A stretch of 64,000 nucleotides of DNA, from NCBI GenBank assembly GCA_016748015.1, contig JAAOMT010000599.1, positions 520,589-584,588 of the forward strand, in the 5' to 3' direction. The notes beneath the pieces were generated by a model that saw only the letters and a list, made by a program, of their open reading frames with translations, was not told the DNA's origin and did not search any database. A program made the position numbers and the translations under genes. This DNA comes from Geosiphon pyriformis uo1 (lineage: Eukaryota > Fungi > Glomeromycota). Below are positions 52,740 to 64,000 of this stretch, one piece after another (the stretch's first letter is position 1; each line of letters starts with the position of its first letter).

Positions 52740-55700
52740 ATTTTACATGTTTGGTTCAATGATGATAATTGGTTCCAGATCTCGTGGAATTTTATTTGGT
52801 TGGACTAATATTTTCTGTACTCTTAATTGTAGAATATTACTGGTAGATGGTAATACTATATGGTAATATGGTTTCAGTTGATCACCATGTGCTGCTTTGG
52901 CTAAAATTTTGTTGTTCTATCTTAATTTATAAGCTCCATTTCCAAGAATTTCTTCTATGTGAAATGATTCATCTCATTTGGGGTCAAATTTTCCACTCCA
53001 TTATTTTTCTGCTTTGGTATGATATAGAAGTATTTTGTCTCCAATCTTGAATTCAACTGGTTTCTTTGGTAGTTGGTTATCATGTCTTTTTTTTTGTTTT
53101 TTTTGTGACTTTTGTATGTTATTAGCTGCTCTTCGCTATTTGTTTTCTAGTGTTTTCATTAAGTCATATGTTCTTCTTAGCAACATTCTCTGAAAATTGT
53201 CTTTTGTTACTGGTTCTGTTGAATAAGTATTGACTTTTATCTCAACTAGTAATGTTGCTGTTCTACTATATACTAATTTAAATGGTATTGCTTGTATAGT
53301 GTCTTGCTTTATTGTCTGATAAGCAAATAATACTAATGGTCTAAACAAGTTCTATTCATCTTGGTTTTCTTGACTGATTTTTGTAATTGCTTCACACAGT
53401 ATTCTATTGAATTTTTCAACTAATCCGTTAATTTGTGGATGGTATGGTGATGACAATGGTCTTTTAATTCCAAATTTTTGACTTAATTCTGTCAATGTCT
53501 TGTTCACAAAGTGAGTTTCTTGATCTGATAGTAGTTCTTTTAGACATCTGTGTTGACAGATCAAATCTTGATAAACAAATTTGGCAATAGATTCTGCATC
53601 TGCTCTTTGAATGGCTTTTGCTTCTGGCCATTTTGTGAGATAATCTATGGTTACTGCAATATATCTGTTGCCTTTACTGGTAATTGTTAATGGTCCAACT
53701 AAGTCAATTCTGATATGGTTGAATGGTTGTCTCACTTTGATTGGTCTTAATGGTTCACTGGATTTTGTTTCACCTCTTTTTTGACAAGTATCACAACTTT
53801 AAATGTATTGAATAATGTCTGGATACATTGATGGCCAATAGTATCTTTTCCTGGTTCTTTTCATAATTGCTTCTTTGTAAAAATGTCCTGCTGTTGGATC
53901 TGAATATATGTTGAATAGTATTGTCTCTTTCTCTGATTCTGTGATTACTTTGGTTGGTTGATCTGGATTTCTTCTGTTTTTCCGGTAAAGTATATTTTGA
54001 TAGTTGATAAAATATTTTGATTGCTGTTTTATGTTTCTTTGTTCCTGTTAAGATAATTTCTTCTTGAACAATTTGGTATTTATATAATGTTAGAGTTGTT
54101 GGTATTTTTGTATATTCATCTTTTGTTATATTTTTGGGTTGAAATGTTTTTAGATTTGTCTTATTCACGACAATCCATCAGCATTTCCATTGTCTTTTCC
54201 TTTTTTATAATGTACTGTATAATTGAATGGTGAAAGTTCTATTTTCTATCTGACATGGTGGTCATTTCCAAATTCTTACTTCTGGATTGAAGTTAATCTT
54301 TTGTGATCCATATATATTTCAAATTTTTGGCTCAAGTATTCTTTCCATTTCATGACTGCATAATAGATTGTTAAGTGTTCCAATGCTGGTGTTCCATAGT
54401 TTTTTTCAGCTGGACTCAAGCTTTGGCTGGTGTATGCTACTGGATGTTCTCTTTCATCTGGTCTTTTCTGCAATAGTATTGTTCCCAATGCTTGGTTTGA
54501 TGCATTAGTAGTAATGATAAATGGTTTGCTGTAATCTGGATACATCAATACTAGAGCTTGAATAAGCTTTCTTCTTAGTGTGTTAAATGCCTCTTGTTGA
54601 GCTTCTGTCCATTCATACTTCACATTTTTAGTTTGTAAATGATGGAATGGCTGGGCCAATTTAGAAAAGTCTTTGATAAAATGACAATAATAGTCTATGA
54701 ATTCTAAAAATGCTCTTAGTTCTGTTAAATTGGTTGGTACTGGAAAGTTTTTCACTATTGCAATCTTATCTGGATCTGTTTTAATGCCATCTTTGCTTAC
54801 AATATGTCCCAAAAATTTGAGTTCTGTTTTTCCAAAGAAATATTTGTTTGCATTCAACTTCAATCCTGCTCTTCTCAACCTCTCAAATACTTGTTGAAGA
54901 TGATGTAAATGATCATCAAATGTTTTGGAAAACACATTTGTGTCATCTAAGTAAACAACTATGGATTTCCACAGTAGTCTGGTATAGACAATTTTCATGA
55001 GCCATTGGAATGTTGCTGAAGCATTTATCAAGCCAAATAGCATGACTTCAAACTCAAAATTTCCCTCTTTTGTGGTGAATGCTATTTTCTCTTTGTCAGC
55101 TGAATCCATGGCTACTTGTCAGTAATTACTATTTAAATCTAGTGTTGAGAACCACTTATTTCCTCCAAAAGCATCAAATAGTTCTTGGATCTTTGGAGTT
55201 GGATAGCTATCACCTTTAGTTACTCCATTCAGTTTTTGATAATCCACACAAAAACGGATCTTTCTATTCTTCTTCCAGACTAGTACCACTGGTAATGACT
55301 ATGGGCTCATTGATAGCTGAATTAGCCTATTGTCAAGCATTCAGTTAATTTCTTGACAAATAATCTCATGACTGGCTGGTGGTACTCTATATGCTCTTTG
55401 TTTTATTGGCATTGCATCTCCAGTCTTGATCTGGTGCTGGATTATATTAGTCCTGCCAAATTCATTTTTACTGGCAAAAATATCATTGAAATTGTGAAGT
55501 AATATCTTGAGTTGCATTTGTTGAAATAGATCTAAGTTCTCAAAATTCATCTGTTCCAATTGTTCTGGTTGTAGCAGATAATATTTGCTTTGTTCATAAA
55601 TGGTTTGTGATGTGATATCTATATATCTACAAAGCTGTGGAAAATCTGGAATGTAGTTTGGTGGTTAATTCTCAACCTCAATGGTTAAGTATCTGATAAT

Positions 55701-58538
55701 GATTTCTTTTGGTATCTCAATGACATTTCCGGTTGTGTTATAGATGGAAATTTTGATGTTTTTGGGGCTTTTGGCTGATATATAAAGATTAGTGAGTCCA
55801 ATCTCTCCTGATTTACAAATAGTGGCTTCTGCTTCAAACAACTGGGCTTGATTTTTTACTTCCCTCTTTATAACTAATGTGTACTGGTTATATGGTAGAA
55901 TAGAAATTGATTGGCAAATTGAGATAATTTCTCCTTTGTCAACAATTTTTTCCTCTGCTATATTAACTGGTATGTCTATTCTAACTGTTGATCCAAAACC
56001 CTGTATCTCTCTAGTAGTAATTCTTAATTTTTTCCTGTTTTTCACTGATATTAATTGAGCTACTTTTACCAGAGGCAGGAATATTGTCTGTGCTATTTTT
56101 TCATTTAGCTCTATTATATAGGCTTTTTCTGAATTATTTTGTAGCATTGCAATGATATTTTCTACATATTCTGCATCAATTATTTTTTTTCTAATGTTGA
56201 TTCCCTTTTTTGTTAAGCTACTCCTCGATACTAGTTGTACTATTGTTGTTGCTGGGATTTCTAATGCTACTTTGAGATCGATGCATATGTGTAAATGTGG
56301 TTTCAATTTAATGACATTCTTTCTTGGATATCTCAGATCAAATCTTGCATCAGTATTATGCATGTGTTCTGGCATAATATCTTCATTATTGTCACTGAAC
56401 CATTTTAGTTCTTGCTTCTTAGTGAGATCGGGGAGCACAATATATTGTTCAGAGTTTGAAGTGAAGTTTGAATTTGAGTTAAAATTGTTGCTATATTGAG
56501 TGGAACTGGAACCATTATTTTCATTGTCATCATTATTGGAGTTTGAATCATGATTGAAAGTTGATTTCAATTCTGATGTGTAGTTGCTAATTGGTTCCTC
56601 CTTTTCTGAGATTGTGTAGATCATGCGGATTGTAAATAAGATCACACTTATTACAATATTGAAAGTCACAGAGAATTAAATAATGTTGACATAATCGAGT
56701 ATTTAACTGCTCTAAATACTGCTCTTATTTTTCCCTAGTGGGTGCTAATTGTTGGTAATGTTCATGGAATTCTTTCAAATCATTTTCAATGTTACCAAAG
56801 ACATCAAAAATAAGGACATATTCAGGTTTGAGTAGTGAGAGTGGGTTATTCTTAATTTCTAATAGCTCACTGGTAGTGGCGCTTTCTGCTTTTACACTCA
56901 CCATTCTCCAGATTTTATGTTCATCATGAGAATATCTTTCCAATTGTTACAACGCTCTTTTCCAGGCATCATTGATTGGAGTTCTTTTGTGTACCCAGTT
57001 GTTTATTAGAATGATATACTGGCATGTCTCATTACATGTCTCTCTTCACCCAGGAATGTCATTCCATATTTCTTCATCAGGCAAAATAGTTCTACATGTG
57101 AGACAAGATTTGTTATTCTATTTTCCTTGTTTTTTTGAGCATCCAAATTATTCTATAATACATGGGCAATAATAGAACTTTGTTGTTGTGGAGTATTCTT
57201 CATTATTGCCACAGTATGTGCTCATTGATGACAATTTCTTACTGCAATCTACACATATTAATTTTGGTCAGTAATAGTTAGATGGCATTAGTAAAAAGTA
57301 AGCATATGGGCAATAAGTGGTAGTTGAACCCTCTTTCTTCTCTTTCCTTTTTCTTTTATTATTATCTTCTTCTCACTTTTAAGTTGTTGTTTTGTTCTGA
57401 TCATTGCTAGTTATCTAGGCTTGGTTGGTATTCCAGGTAGGTTTTTTTTTTTGTTTTCTTTTTCCCTTGTTGTCCCAAGAGAGTATCAGTAATAGCTCAT
57501 TGTGGTCTTCATCAGCCCAAAACACTTGATAGGCTTCCCAGATAGGTTTTTCTTTTTTTTTCTTGAATTTGATAAGTGGGGTTGATGGCATAGTAATGGG
57601 TTTGAAGTGTTCACACATGACAAATACCTGCATGTGTCAACTATTTTGGTTAAACTGTAGCTCCTATGTGTTCCAGTTAAGCATGGCATTTGTTTTAACT
57701 AACCAGTCATTACCAACTAGTGCTTGGTACTAAGTAGCTTCCATTACTAGTACTTTGATGAGTACTATGATGCTGTTGATTTCAATGGGTAGATTGTTAA
57801 TCTTGCCAATTGGCATTTTCGTGGCTTTATTGGCTGTTATAATCCTAGAGCTGGCAGTACAGTCAACTAGGTGACCTAATTGATCCATGAGTTGTCTGGT
57901 GATGATACTGCCTGTTGACTTACTATCTAGGATGGGCTTAATAGAATAACCATCGATTTTGGCATTAGTGTACATAGTGGTAATTGGTTTGATGTTAAGA
58001 GTGGCTCCATTGAATAATAAGACTGGCATGGTTTCTTTGAGTTCAAAAGAAAAAATAGCTGCTAAGGTTTCATTGTATGAGATAGTTGCTGGTGGGATAT
58101 TGCTGATAAGTGGCTGCTTCTGTTTGGGTTCTCAATTGTTGGGTGATGTATCTTCTGGGATAACCAGAAGACTTAAATACTGTTGAGTGTTTGGGTTTTG
58201 AGTGTACCTAGTGTCTGAATTCCATTGTTGAGATTCTAATGGCTGGTTTGAGGAACTAGAGATTGGTTGATAGACTACTATTGCCAATCTCCAGCTTTGT
58301 TGTGTCAGTCTTGGCCTTTGGGTTCTGTTTTGAGGTAGGTTTTGTTTGAATTTGTTGGAGTTAATAGATTACTTGGGGCTGTGATTGATAGATAAGCTGA
58401 AACTGCAATTGATAGATTACTGGTGTTGTCAGTTGATAAACTGGTGGTTAATAGATTGACTGTTGTGTCATAGGTAGGTAATTTGATTGATACAGTTCTG
58501 GTAATTGATTACTGACATAATTCTGAGTTTGTAATCAG
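52740..58538 (-). pseudogene. E5 pol (PR, Cys-rich block, dUTPase, RT, RNase H, IN), degenerate
   Basis: YLDD; HPVAYTS; IDLVGP; DYLTKWPEAKAI; dUTPase motifs. Confidence 0.92.
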
Positions 58539-59397
58539 TGTTACTCATAGAAATATAAGAAATATATTAGCATAATTATTAGCCAATCAGAAGTAAGTGT
58601 AGTAAATGTGGAATTCCAGGATTTCTCTCAGAAATTGCAGGATTGCAGGATTCCTCTCAGAAATTGCAGAATTCCAGAATTCCAGGATTCCTCTCAAAGA
58701 AATCACAGAATTCCAAGAATTCCAGGATTCCTGTTGTAAAGAATCAAGGAATTGAGGAATCCCAATTATGTATATATAGCAGTAGTGTTAAAAACAGAAG
58801 AGACAGAATCGATACCACAGAATCCTTAGCCTAGTAATGCAATTATTGAATAAATAAATTATTTCATATCTCCATCTACTTACCCACTATTAACTTTTCA
58901 TGTTGATAGTAATTGATACTTAACCATGCTAGAACAATAGCTCTTGATCATGGCTATTGACGGGATACTAATCTGCAAATTGCTTTGGCTTATTTCTTTT
59001 TTTTCTTTATTTTCCTTTATTTATTTTTCTTTATTTTATTTTGATTTGTTGTTGTATACTAATTGATTAAAAGGATTAAGCACTGAGTTATTGACATCAA
59101 GGATAGCCTGGTAAAAGACCCAGAAATAAGGGTAAAATTTTATATATTATCAGATAGCTTACTAGAAGAGCATGACTGCCAGATTAAATCCGGCCACCAC
59201 GCTGAGAAAGAAATTGGGAAAACTTTTGGAAAGATACATCTACTATCAACACTATTGAATCTCTGTCTATTATACAAAGGACTTAACCAAAACCTTCAGA
59301 TACAAAACCTTCAGATCATTATCAATTGCAATTAGCTTTGAGCACCAAGTTATAGGTTTGTTATTTAATTCAACAGCAGAAATAATTATCTGTAACA
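58539..59397 (+). repeat. 5' LTR of E6 (859 bp)
   Basis: tgttact...tgtaaca; reverse-complement homolog of the E4 LTRs. Confidence 0.94.
58581..58854 (+). promoter_or_regulatory. Putative LTR promoter/poly(A) module: CCAAT (58583), GGAATTCC-type repeat array (58609-58762), TATATATA (58771), AATAAA (58849)
   Basis: Same order conserved in the E3, E4 and E5 LTRs. Function is inferred from standard LTR layout. Confidence 0.6.
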
Positions 59398-59399
59398 TT

Positions 59400-59416
59400 T
59401 GGTGCTCCCTGTGAGG
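59400..59416 (+). other. Primer binding site of E6 (TGGTGCTCCCTGTGAGG)
   Basis: Follows LTR CA + TT; complementary to a tRNA 3' end CCUCACAGGGAGCACCA. Confidence 0.9.
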
Positions 59417-62400
59417 TATAATCCTACAGAGAACCAGCACTGACAACACCAAACCAAAAGTGGCAGAATCAGAAAACATAGGAGCAAACCATTTAGGATT
59501 CGCAAAATCCTTATTTCAACACTATTGTCAATACTTGGGATTAAACCACAATCATATATTTGCTGAATCAGCCTTCAATTTCTACATTAATGAAAAGATT
59601 TCCTCTTTATTAGGAACATCAGTGAATATTGAATCAGCAAGAAAAACTTTTTACAGAGAATTAATTCAAAACACCAACCTACCAACAAACCATAATTTTG
59701 CATCTATCATCACTGAGATCAACAAAGAAATTGAACACCACACTCAACAAAAATATCCAATTACTTATGCTAGTAAAGACAAGGGAAAATTACAAACACC
59801 AGCAGTAACATCCTGAAAAATACAGCCACCTGCTTGGAAGAAAAACAGAGTTGAATCCCCAAGTAACCCATCATACCACTATACACCTGGAAGTGCTATC
59901 AACATATCATCAACTGACACGTTGCCATCAACTGCAACATCAGCATTTGGACAATTCCCATTCCAAAGTAGACAAAGGAAAACCGAATTGTTAGGACCAT
60001 ATGGCAAATACTTTGAGGGATTTAATTTGTGATCATCAACCCCATCAGGACTTCAATCACTACTGCCTCCACCAGATTTCGGAATCTCTGACCTGTGGGA
60101 AGCAGCAGAATCAGAAAAGGAAGAAGAAGAATCAAAGGATCAAGAATTCACTTATCAAAACCCGATCACTGAAAACCCGGAAGTTGAAAACCCGAATATT
60201 CAAATTCAGCAACAGTTAGAAAATCTGGAAATCAAAACTCTGAATATTCGAATGCTGCCAAATCAAAGAAATCAAAAACCCGAATTAATTAATCAGCAAA
60301 ACTTATCTCCGGTAATCATCATCAATTAACCACCAATTAATCCCATAGCTGAATCCATATAGCAGCCACTTCAGCTACCACCCCAACAGCCAGGACAACA
60401 ACAACTGCTTCAACAGCCACTACAACCATCTAACTTAGATCCAATAGCCTACGCACCAATCACAAAACTTGACAACTTTACAGGTGAAGAGGATGATGCT
60501 CAAATATGGCTGAATGATATAGAAAAGGCCATCACAGCCAACGGATGGAATGACACTCGAGCAATACAAGCCATTTCCTACTTTTTCAAAGATACTGCCA
60601 ATTCATGGTACCAGAGCTTGATTAATAAACCACAAGATTTTAATGCCTTCAAAGCAAAATTTCTAAGATACTTTAGCAACAATAACAGCATCAATTGCCT
60701 AGTTAATGCATTCACCACCATGAAACAAGGAGAAACTAAAGCAGTTACCACTTACCTGGGACGCTTCCATCAAAACCTACGCCAAATTCAAGCAATTGAT
60801 GCCAATTATTTCACAGCACCACAGATACTCAATCAGTTTATCCATGGCCTGTGCAGCAGCATCTTGCAACATGTATGTCTGTTACATCCAGGCACCCTTC
60901 AAGATGCAGTTACACGCGCCAGAGATTTTGAATCCACTGAGTCAGAGGCTAACCACGCCCAAGCCGTTAATCTAGTAATGAATGGATCATCTGAATTGGA
61001 TTCCAAATGAGAAAAGTTTAGTTAATCAATCAATAAGAGATTGGAAGGATACTTAGCTAACAATCATGCCATTTATCAGCCTTCACAATGACGCAATAAT
61101 CAAGGAAATTCTAATCGTGGCCAAAATCAATCACATCCATCTTTATTAACCAATCAACAGTAGCAACAGAAAACGTGTATCTGCCACTATTGTGGTAAAC
61201 AAGAACATATCCAAATTAACTGTTGCCAGCGTCTAAATAACCAATGATCGGGAAATCAATATCAAAACCCCGATCGCCAGTTCCAAACTGAATTATTATC
61301 CAAATCAGAGTCAAGACCAATATCAAAATAATTACCTGCCCATGATGCAGCAACCAATCTATCAACCACCAGTATATCAACCTCCGATTCAACAGCCGCA
61401 ACCACAAGTAATATATCAACCACAGCCACAAATAATTTATTAACCCCAACAAATCCAAACACTGCCCTAAAACTTACCACCCAACAGAACCCAAAGACCA
61501 AAAATGACTCAACAGAGCTGGAAATCGGCGATGGTAGTCCATCAACCAATCCCCAGTTCTTCACAGCAACCATCTGGATTTTGCCAGTGGAATTCGGGTA
61601 CTGGTCAACCCCAAAATCCAAATTTCCAGAACTATTTAAGTCTCCTGGTTACCCCAGAAAATGCTTCAACCAACAACCCAGCATCTACCCAAAAACAACC
61701 ACTCACCAGTAATATTCCACCTGCTACTATTACCAAAGACGAGTCATTGGCTACTATCTTCTCATTCAAATTTGAGGAAACCACTGCAACGCTATTGTTT
61801 AGTGAAGCCGCTCTTAAAGCCAAACCAATCACCATGATGTACACTAATGCCAAAGTCGAAGGACAATCCATCAAATTGATCCTGGACAGTGGTTCTGCAG
61901 GCAGCATAATCACAAGGCAACTCATGGATCAATTAGGTCACCGAGTTGATCGAGCTGCTAGTGTCAAAATCATCACAGCCAATGAAGGGACCAAAACTCT
62001 AATCGGCAAAATCAACAACTTTCCTTTTGAAGTCAATGGCATTGTGACTCCCATTAAAGTTCTAGTGATAGAAACCACTCAATACCAAGCTCTTATTGGT
62101 AATGACTGGCTATCCAAAGTCAATGCAACATTAGACTAGAACACCCAAGAACTCCAGCTAACGTATTAGGGCCAACACATACGTGTTCCGGCCACATGTG
62201 GCCACTTCACAACTCCTCCAAGAGAAAAACTATTGATCGAACTGGAGGAGAAAGAAAAGCCTACCTGGGAAGCCTACCAAGTATCGTGGACGGATGAAGA
62301 GCACAACAAACTACCACCAATACTCTCCTGGAATGACAGCAACAAGGGAAAAGGGAAACAAAAGGAAGAACTTACCTGGGAAACTGATGACCTGACATGG

Positions 62401-64000
62401 ACCAACAATGATGAGAGCAAACCAACTTCAAGCTGGGAATGAGAAGAGGACAAAGAAAATAAAGAAAAAGGGAAAGAAGAAGAGACCACCCAAACCATCA
62501 CCGCTTATAATAATACCTACACTATTCTACAATGATCTACTTATCGTCAATCTAAGCTTATATGCGTCGATTGTGGCAAGAAATTGTTGTCAATGGGCAC
62601 ATGCTGTGGTGACAATGAGAAATACCACACCACAACAAAATTCTACTGTCATCCATGCTTACTCAAATGCTTTGGATGACCAAAAAGGCAAGAAAAATGG
62701 GATAACCAACCTTGTCTCGCTTGTAGAGAGACCCTGCTAGATGAAGGAATATGGAATGACATCCCAGGACATGGAGGAACGTGTGATGTGTCATGTCAAT
62801 ACATGATTCTAATAAGTAACTGGGTAAGGAAAGGAACCCCAATAAAAGCAGCCTGGAGAAGAGCTGTGCAGCAACTGGACAGTTGTCCACATGATGACAA
62901 TAAAATTTGGCAGATGGCACTTGCAAAAATTGAAGAGGCAACGCCAGAAGAGATAAAAATGATCAAAAACAACCCCCCAGAATCATTAGAGCTTGATTGG
63001 GACGTAGAACCCATCATAAACCTCCTGGATCTGGAACAATTCCACAAACACTACCAAGAATTAGCACCCACAAGGGAAGAACAAGAACAACAGTTAAAGC
63101 AGTTAAACATTCAACTATGTCAACACTGCCTAATCCCCTGTAACTTCCAGTATTGCGATGATTGTGACCTCATTTACAATCCACCACCATGCATGATCTA
63201 CACAATCCCGGAAGAGGAAAAACCAATCAGCAGCTGTGCATCAGAATCAGAATTGCTGATCAATTGCAATTCAAACCCCAACAATGACGATGACAACAAT
63301 GGTTCAAGTTCCGTTCAAAATGGCAATGACAATGACAATAATTTCAACTCAGATACAAACTCCAATTTAAACTATGAACAATACATTGCACTACCAGATC
63401 TCTCCAAGGAACAAGAGTTGAAATAGTATAGTGACAATGGAGAAGGTATTATGCCAGAACGTGTGCATGATACTGATGCAGGGTTTAATCTGAAATATCC
63501 AGGAAAAAATGCCATCAAATTGAAACCACATTCACACACCTGCATTGATCTGAAAATAGCACTAGAAATTCTGGCAACAACAATGGTTCAATTAGCATTT
63601 AGAAGTAGTTTAGCGAAAAGAGGGATCAATATAAAAGGAGGAATAATTGACGTGGGATATGTAGAAAATATCATTGCTATGCTACAAAATGACTCAGAAA
63701 AGGCCTATGTAATAGAGTCCAATGAAAAGATAGCACAGACAATATTTCTGCCTCTCAGTTAGTATTAGTGGGAAAGAGGGAAGAATTAGGAATAATGGCG
63801 AGAGGAATACAGGGATTCAGATCCACAGGTAGAATAGATGTACCAGTTAACATGACAGAGGAAAAAATTGTTGGCCAAGGAGAAATTATCTCAACTGGTC
63901 AAGCTATTTCTATTCCACCATATAGCCAGTACATGTTAGCAATAGAAAGGAAAGAAAAAGAGCAAGAACAGATTTTTGAAGCAAAAGTAACTCTTTGTGA
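59415..64000 (+). pseudogene. E6 gag-pol (Gag, CCHC, PR, Cys-rich block, dUTPase), degenerate, partial
   Basis: ORF fragments at 59460, 60618, 61504, 62233, 62788 and 63451; CHYCGKQEHIQINC; LILDSGSAGSII. Confidence 0.92.

Larger units (their letters stand above)
51154..58538 (-). mobile_element. Ty3/gypsy element E5 (dUTPase family), interrupted by E6 in the gag-PR linker
   Basis: 3' LTR 51154-52008, PPT complement, ORF3 relic, IN 53136-53735, RT/RNase H 54276-55109, dUTPase within 55665-56669, PR 57730-58029. Confidence 0.92.
58539..64000 (+). mobile_element. Ty3/gypsy element E6 (dUTPase family), 5' half, runs out of window
   Basis: 5' LTR 58539-59397, PBS 59400-59416, gag from ~59415, PR 61504-62139, Cys-rich block 62563-63180, dUTPase 63451-63830. 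Confidence 0.94.

Noticed and set aside
59349-59414. ATG in U5 in frame with gag in some LTRs (E2, E4 5' LTR), suggesting a start codon plus UGA readthrough
   Set aside because: The codon is ACG, ATG, ACA or ATA in different LTRs, which fits decay of an ancestral ACG CpG. In E3 it is also out of frame with gag.

Overview
AT-rich, intron-rich eukaryotic DNA, most likely fungal. The gene and repeat style suggests Mucoromycota/Glomeromycotina; this is inference only. About 80% of the window is nested, degenerate retrotransposons. Five copies (E2-E6) belong to one ~10.1-kb Ty3/gypsy-type family with ~855-bp TG..CA LTRs and 4-bp TSDs. E3 (7122-17241) and E4 (22518-32650) are full-length copies nested in E2 (4173-34345). 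E5 is inserted in a LINE and is itself interrupted by E6. A more distant Ty3/gypsy element, E1 (1-4172), interrupts the 3' LTR of E2. The family layout is unusual: a single frame Gag-PR-[Cys-rich block]-dUTPase-[degenerate dUTPase-like fold]-RT-RNaseH-IN, followed by a conserved, apparently soluble ~220-aa third ORF in the env position. There is no AUG for the conserved Gag N-terminus. The PBS plus a second U5 motif together are complementary to elongator tRNA-Met. A host-gene island (37-47 kb) holds ATP23 (apparent GA-AG first intron), a 22-exon ABCC transporter whose NBD1 signature reads LSDDQ, and an intronless AAG/MPG glycosylase-like gene. Two LINE relics flank the island. The repeats show heavy C>T/G>A transition decay. 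All coordinates were read by eye and may be off by a few bases.
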